DNA from: Spirochaetia bacterium
Lineage (GTDB): Bacteria; Spirochaetota; Spirochaetia; UBA9216
Length of the DNA: 64,000 nucleotides
Direction: 5' to 3'
NCBI GenBank assembly: GCA_965140585.1
Contig: OZ223270.1
Span: forward strand, 96,001 to 160,000
In this document: positions 59,792 through 64,000 of the stretch, one piece after another
Numbering within the stretch: position 1 is the stretch's first letter
Layout of the letters: every line of letters begins with the position of its first letter
Made by a program: the position numbers and the translations under genes
Notes under the pieces: model-generated
Database searches by the model: none
What the model was told of the DNA's origin: nothing
The model's input: the letters and a program-made list of their open reading frames with translations, nothing else

Positions 59792-60733
59792 GTGAAAAAT
59801 AGAAAATTTTTTATTAGTTTAATTGCCACTTTTACTAGTCTCTTTATTTTAGTCAATTTCATGGTAGCACTACGTTTACCGATTTACAAAATAAAAGATG
59901 AGGGCAAATTTATCAATATACCTAATAATATCCTAATTTCTAATGTAGGAGGCAGCCATGGATTAAGAGGAATTGATTGGTCTGTAATTGATGATGATAG
60001 ATGTTTTAACTTTACACTATCAGCCCAAACTCTTTCTTACAGTCTTCGTGTAGTGGAATGTTTTAAAGAAAACTTTTCCTCTGGAGGGGTTCTTGTTATT
60101 AATGTTGGATTTGGATATCTAAGCTATGATGAAAAACCACAAATAAATTTCCCTTCTAAAAATAAGCGTTACTATTCATTTCTTGCTCCAGAATACATCA
60201 AAGATTATAAATTACTTGATGCTATAAAATATAAATTTCCAGTTTTTTATTACAGTTATGACATAATCAATCTCATTAGACAACTCATCTTTACCGAACC
60301 AGAATTAGCGTCTGAGGTTGGTAAACGCAAAATCGATCTAAGCAAAGTTGATTTGCAGGCTAAAATGGCGATAGAGGAACACATAATCCAATATAATAAA
60401 CAGTTTAACCAGAGGGAAATTGAGGCTCTTTATGGTATTATTAATTTTTGTAAAGAGAATAACATTACACCAGTAATAATCACCTTCCCGCATTTAGATG
60501 AATATCTTGAACTGATTCCAATAGATTTTAAAAAGGAATTCTATAAAAAGATTGAGTATATTTCCAATGAAATTAGTGTGAATTACTATGACTATTCTAA
60601 CGATCAACGATTTAGAAGATATGATTTATATTTAAATTCCGATCATCTAAATAATTATGGTGCTGAAGTTTTCACAAAAATCATTATTGAGGAAATTCCT
60701 GAAATAAAGAAAACCTTAGACGTCTTAGATTGA
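59792..60733 (+). CDS. SGNH-like partner of the MBOAT (AlgJ/DltD-like)
   Basis: N-terminal TM, GGSH, NSDHLN..GA; directly follows the MBOAT gene. Confidence 0.75.
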   Translation: MKNRKFFISLIATFTSLFILVNFMVALRLPIYKIKDEGKFINIPNNILISNVGGSHGLRGIDWSVIDDDRCFNFTLSAQTLSYSLRVVECFKENFSSGGVLVINVGFGYLSYDEKPQINFPSKNKRYYSFLAPEYIKDYKLLDAIKYKFPVFYYSYDIINLIRQLIFTEPELASEVGKRKIDLSKVDLQAKMAIEEHIIQYNKQFNQREIEALYGIINFCKENNITPVIITFPHLDEYLELIPIDFKKEFYKKIEYISNEISVNYYDYSNDQRFRRYDLYLNSDHLNNYGAEVFTKIIIEEIPEIKKTLDVLD

Positions 60734-60842
60734 GAGCCTATTAATTTTAAAGCGCATAGAATTATCCTCTTAGAGACAAAAATAGAAAGTCATGTTCTAG
60801 GTATTGATTCAAAAAGTAATTTTTTTCTAAAATCTTTATAGA

Positions 60843-61892
60843 TTATAACCATTTCTTATAAAATAAATTAATCTTATTTAAAGCAATAGCAGACAGGATT
60901 GAAAAAAATAATACGGAAATATAATAAGTCATACTATTTATATCAAAAAAGGACTTTCGAAGTAATATCAAAAACAAATTATGTATCAAATAAAGCTCTA
61001 AACTAATTTGCCCTAAAAAAACACTTATCTTATTTGAAAATCTTAACTTTAGAAAAATTAATACACAAGTAAATATAAAAAATATTGACGTTAGTAATTC
61101 TAAAAAGAATTTTATCAATTCATTGCATGATAAAAACTTTATAGCCAAATTCTTTGCTAAAAACAATGAAATAAGTAAAGAAAATGAAATCAGTAACTTA
61201 ATAAAATAAAATTTCTTCAAAGATTCTGATATTTCTTTTTTATAAGCAAAAAGCACACCAAGATTAAATGTTATACAGGAATTATACCAAAATCTCCCTT
61301 TATCAAACAAAATACAAACTATTATATATATAAATGTCGTTAAACAAGATAATAAAAATATCAGTTTCTCTTTGTTAGTAATTTTTACGGTTATAAAGAA
61401 TAGTACATAAAAATATATGACTGCATGAATATACCAAGCCTGTATGTTTACTAGAATAATTCCAGAAATCTTTTCAATTGCCCCAAAAACACTGAAATTT
61501 CCTTTTTCGAGAATTAGAAAGTATAACAAATTTATTATAAAAAACGGTATTATTAATCCAAATATTCTTTTTCTAAAAAAGTTTTTTAAATAATCTTTTT
61601 TGTATTTATAGCTGTACATAACTCCGTATCCAGAGAAAAAAAAGAAAACACTTACACATAAATAGCCAGTTATCAAAAAAGGATATAATAAAATTTCATT
61701 TTGAAGGACTTGGCTCAAATGATGATAAATTACAACTAAAACGCAAATACCTCTTATTGAAACTGTAGAGTCAAACGACAGATAGTCCTCGTAAAAAGAG
61801 TTTCCTTTTATTACCTTGCAATTCCAAAAGACTACTACTAATAGTAGTAAAACTGTAATAAACATTATTAACAACCTCACAAGAAAAAGCAA
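60843..61892 (-). CDS. Acyltransferase-3 family protein
   Basis: IRGICVLVVIYHH, VSVFFFFSGYG, AWYI, ISLELYLIH. Confidence 0.85.
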   Translation of the reverse strand: MLFLVRLLIMFITVLLLLVVVFWNCKVIKGNSFYEDYLSFDSTVSIRGICVLVVIYHHLSQVLQNEILLYPFLITGYLCVSVFFFFSGYGVMYSYKYKKDYLKNFFRKRIFGLIIPFFIINLLYFLILEKGNFSVFGAIEKISGIILVNIQAWYIHAVIYFYVLFFITVKITNKEKLIFLLSCLTTFIYIIVCILFDKGRFWYNSCITFNLGVLFAYKKEISESLKKFYFIKLLISFSLLISLFLAKNLAIKFLSCNELIKFFLELLTSIFFIFTCVLIFLKLRFSNKISVFLGQISLELYLIHNLFLILLRKSFFDINSMTYYISVLFFSILSAIALNKINLFYKKWL

Positions 61893-62055
61893 ACGATTGT
61901 TTATTTTTAAATATATTCAGCCTCTTTCTTGCATCCACAGAAAATTATACCAAAGATTTACAAGAGAACAAGTTATTTTATACAAACACTGTATTTACAT
62001 ATTCTGTAACCAATTAAAATCTAAAGCTTTTAATTGCCCTTCTTTTCGTTTAATC

Positions 62056-62607
62056 TATGAAAAATTACAACCTCGGTTGACAGATCCATTAAACTTTTTT
62101 ACTGAGATGAAAGATGGATATTTATCAACAGAAAATTGTTAAAAAGATGAAAAAGTCTTCGCTCATGCAAATGAATCTTAGAATATGTCAAAGACTTGCC
62201 GATATTTCGCTATCCCCCGGAAAACTATTTATGCATGAAAGAGAGCCCACTTAGAATTATGAGATGATGGCCTGGTTAACACGAAGCCAGGTTTTGCTGT
62301 TGGGTACAGCCCCAAGCAATATTACACTGGCATCTTAAGGACCTTGGAATCAATCATGTTTATATAAAACCGGGAACTCTACTACCTAACGGCAAAGTTA
62401 AACGCTCTCATAGAACTGACAAGGAATAGTTCTATCAACTTTTCGACTATATTGGTGCTAGGAATTTAAAGAAGTAACTGAAAAACTGGGAAAACTTTTA
62501 TAATTTCCATCGTCCGCATTATTCATTATCAGAAAAACACCTATTGAAGTTTTTAAGGGATTATTAAAAAAAAGAAATGTCTGTCAGGCTTGGTTGTGAT
62601 TCACACA
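62056..62607 (+). mobile_element. Highly degraded IS481-family remnant
   Basis: Fragments AHANES*NMSKTCRYF and NGKVKRSHRTDKE*FYQL; imperfect IR (ACAACC-N5-TGACAGA) at both ends; right end ...CACACA. Confidence 0.7.
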
Positions 62608-62794
62608 TTTAGTCTAACAAATACTTCACCACCCCGCAATTCACCCCTCTTATTGACAAAGCCTAAAAACCTCCATATATTTTAATAAACTTATCGGCGC
62701 ATCATTTTTATATTTATGTGAACGTTGGCGCATATAAAAACTGGAGGTAAAAATAAAGATTTCCTCTTGAGGTTATTTTTACTATAATTAAATC

Positions 62795-64000
62795 ATGAAA
62801 AACGCAGATATCGGATTAATAGGCCTTGCCGTAATGGGCCAGAACCTTGTACTTAACCTGGCCGACCATGGCTACAGTATTGCCGTTTACAACCGCTCAT
62901 CGGAAAAAACCGATGAGTTTGTTAAAAACGGGCTTGGAACAAGCAAATCACCTGAAAATATAATCCCCTTTCATGAACTAAAAGACTTTGTCGCATCAAT
63001 CAGCCGCCCCAGACGAATACTCCTTATGGTGAAAGCCGGAGCAAGCGTAGATGCTGTAATTAAATCAATTCTACCATACCTTGAGAAAGGCGACCTTGTT
63101 GCGGATCTGGGAAATTCCTACTTCAAAGATAGCGAACGCCGTATCGCAGAAATGGCCGACAGGGGCATTCTGTATGCCGGCGTCGGTGTTTCAGGCGGAG
63201 AGGAAGGCGCAAGAAGAGGGCCATCCATAATGCCCGGAGGCGGAGCTGAGGCAAAGGAACTGCTTGAGAAGGTTCTTGTTTCAATCAGCGCAGAAGCCTC
63301 TGATGACAGCGGAAAAGACTTCCGGTGCTGCAGATGGACAGGCAGCGGTGGATCGGGCCATTTCGTAAAGATGGTTCACAACGGAATTGAATACGGCGAT
63401 ATGCAGATCATCTCTGAAGCCTTCCACCTGATGTGCCCAGGGGAAGATGTCGGCTTAAGCCGTGATGAAGCTGCCGAAGTCTTTAAGGGATGGAATGATA
63501 CCGAACTCTCAGGCTTCCTCAATGAAATAACTGTCAACATCCTCGCATATAAAGATACAGACGGAAAACCGCTTGTCGATAAAATAGTCGATTCAGCAGG
63601 CCAGAAGGGTACGGGCAAATGGACAGTTGAGGAAAGCTTCAACCTGGGACAGCCTGTCACTGTTATAAGCGAGGCAGTCTTTGCCAGAGCTCTATCCTCT
63701 GTGAAGGATATGCGAGTTGAAGCTGCCGGAATAGTCGAAGGAGCCTCACTTGATGCAGGAGCTTTAATTCCAGGCGGTGAAACTCAGCAGCAGATGCTAG
63801 ACGACATAAAGGATGCGATGCTCGCTTCACGGATTATCTCATATGCCCAGGGTTTTGCAATGCTCAGGGCAGCATCAGCCGAATACAAATGGAATCTTGA
63901 CATGGCAGGAATTGCTGAGATCTGGCAGGGCGGCTGCATCATCCGAAGCTATCTTCTCAATCCTATTAAAAAAGCCTTCGAAAAGAATACTAATCTTAAG
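62795..64000 (+). CDS. gnd: NADP-dependent 6-phosphogluconate dehydrogenase, runs off the window
   Basis: Manual translation MKNADIGLIGLAVMGQNL, VYNRS, VSGGEEGA, GHFVKMVHNGIEYGDMQ, QKGTGKW. Confidence 0.96.
   Translation, partial: MKNADIGLIGLAVMGQNLVLNLADHGYSIAVYNRSSEKTDEFVKNGLGTSKSPENIIPFHELKDFVASISRPRRILLMVKAGASVDAVIKSILPYLEKGDLVADLGNSYFKDSERRIAEMADRGILYAGVGVSGGEEGARRGPSIMPGGGAEAKELLEKVLVSISAEASDDSGKDFRCCRWTGSGGSGHFVKMVHNGIEYGDMQIISEAFHLMCPGEDVGLSRDEAAEVFKGWNDTELSGFLNEITVNILAYKDTDGKPLVDKIVDSAGQKGTGKWTVEESFNLGQPVTVISEAVFARALSSVKDMRVEAAGIVEGASLDAGALIPGGETQQQMLDDIKDAMLASRIISYAQGFAMLRAASAEYKWNLDMAGIAEIWQGGCIIRSYLLNPIKKAFEKNTNLK

Noticed and set aside
10790-62620. A single integrative island or prophage
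   Set aside because: No integrase, tRNA or flanking direct repeats were seen; composition is mosaic, with the regulator and export genes less AT-rich
62640-62790. Riboswitch or small gene upstream of gnd (TTGACA-N17-TATATT promoter and an orphan GGAGG)
   Set aside because: No start codon at SD distance and no recognisable aptamer; probably just the gnd promoter region

Overview
Bacterial chromosomal window, probably from a free-living spirochaete (inferred from the 'AFAGGAQE'-type PstS N-terminus and the many 'xxSC' lipoproteins; not proven). Housekeeping genes occupy about 1-10.8 kb (SGNH hydrolase, CNNM/CorB, M29 peptidase, plsC-thrH-folE, Sfp PPTase, pstS, ZIP, crcB) and resume at about 62.8 kb (gnd). 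Between them is a ~52 kb, mostly AT-rich surface/biofilm locus. Its core is a ~33 kb co-oriented Wzx/Wzy polysaccharide gene run with thiotemplate enzymes embedded in it: FkbH, a frameshifted C-A(Ser)-T, AsnB, a free ACP, A(Gly)-T-KS-AT-ACP-TE, and an A-T-membrane acyltransferase fusion. The locus also carries a modular lipoprotein/beta-barrel set and several c-di-GMP-type components (cNMP-HD-GYP, PilZ, VpsT-like LuxR, a priming transferase with a degenerate GGDEF domain keeping RxxD). A pseudo-receiver sigma-54 activator is present, and three -24/-12 promoters with a shared enhancer motif can be read directly from the DNA. Smaller items are a 73-bp GC-rich insertion that recodes a gene end, a MgtL-like leader ORF, a palindrome array, and IS1182 and IS481 remnants. 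All calls are by eye from motifs; no database searches were run.
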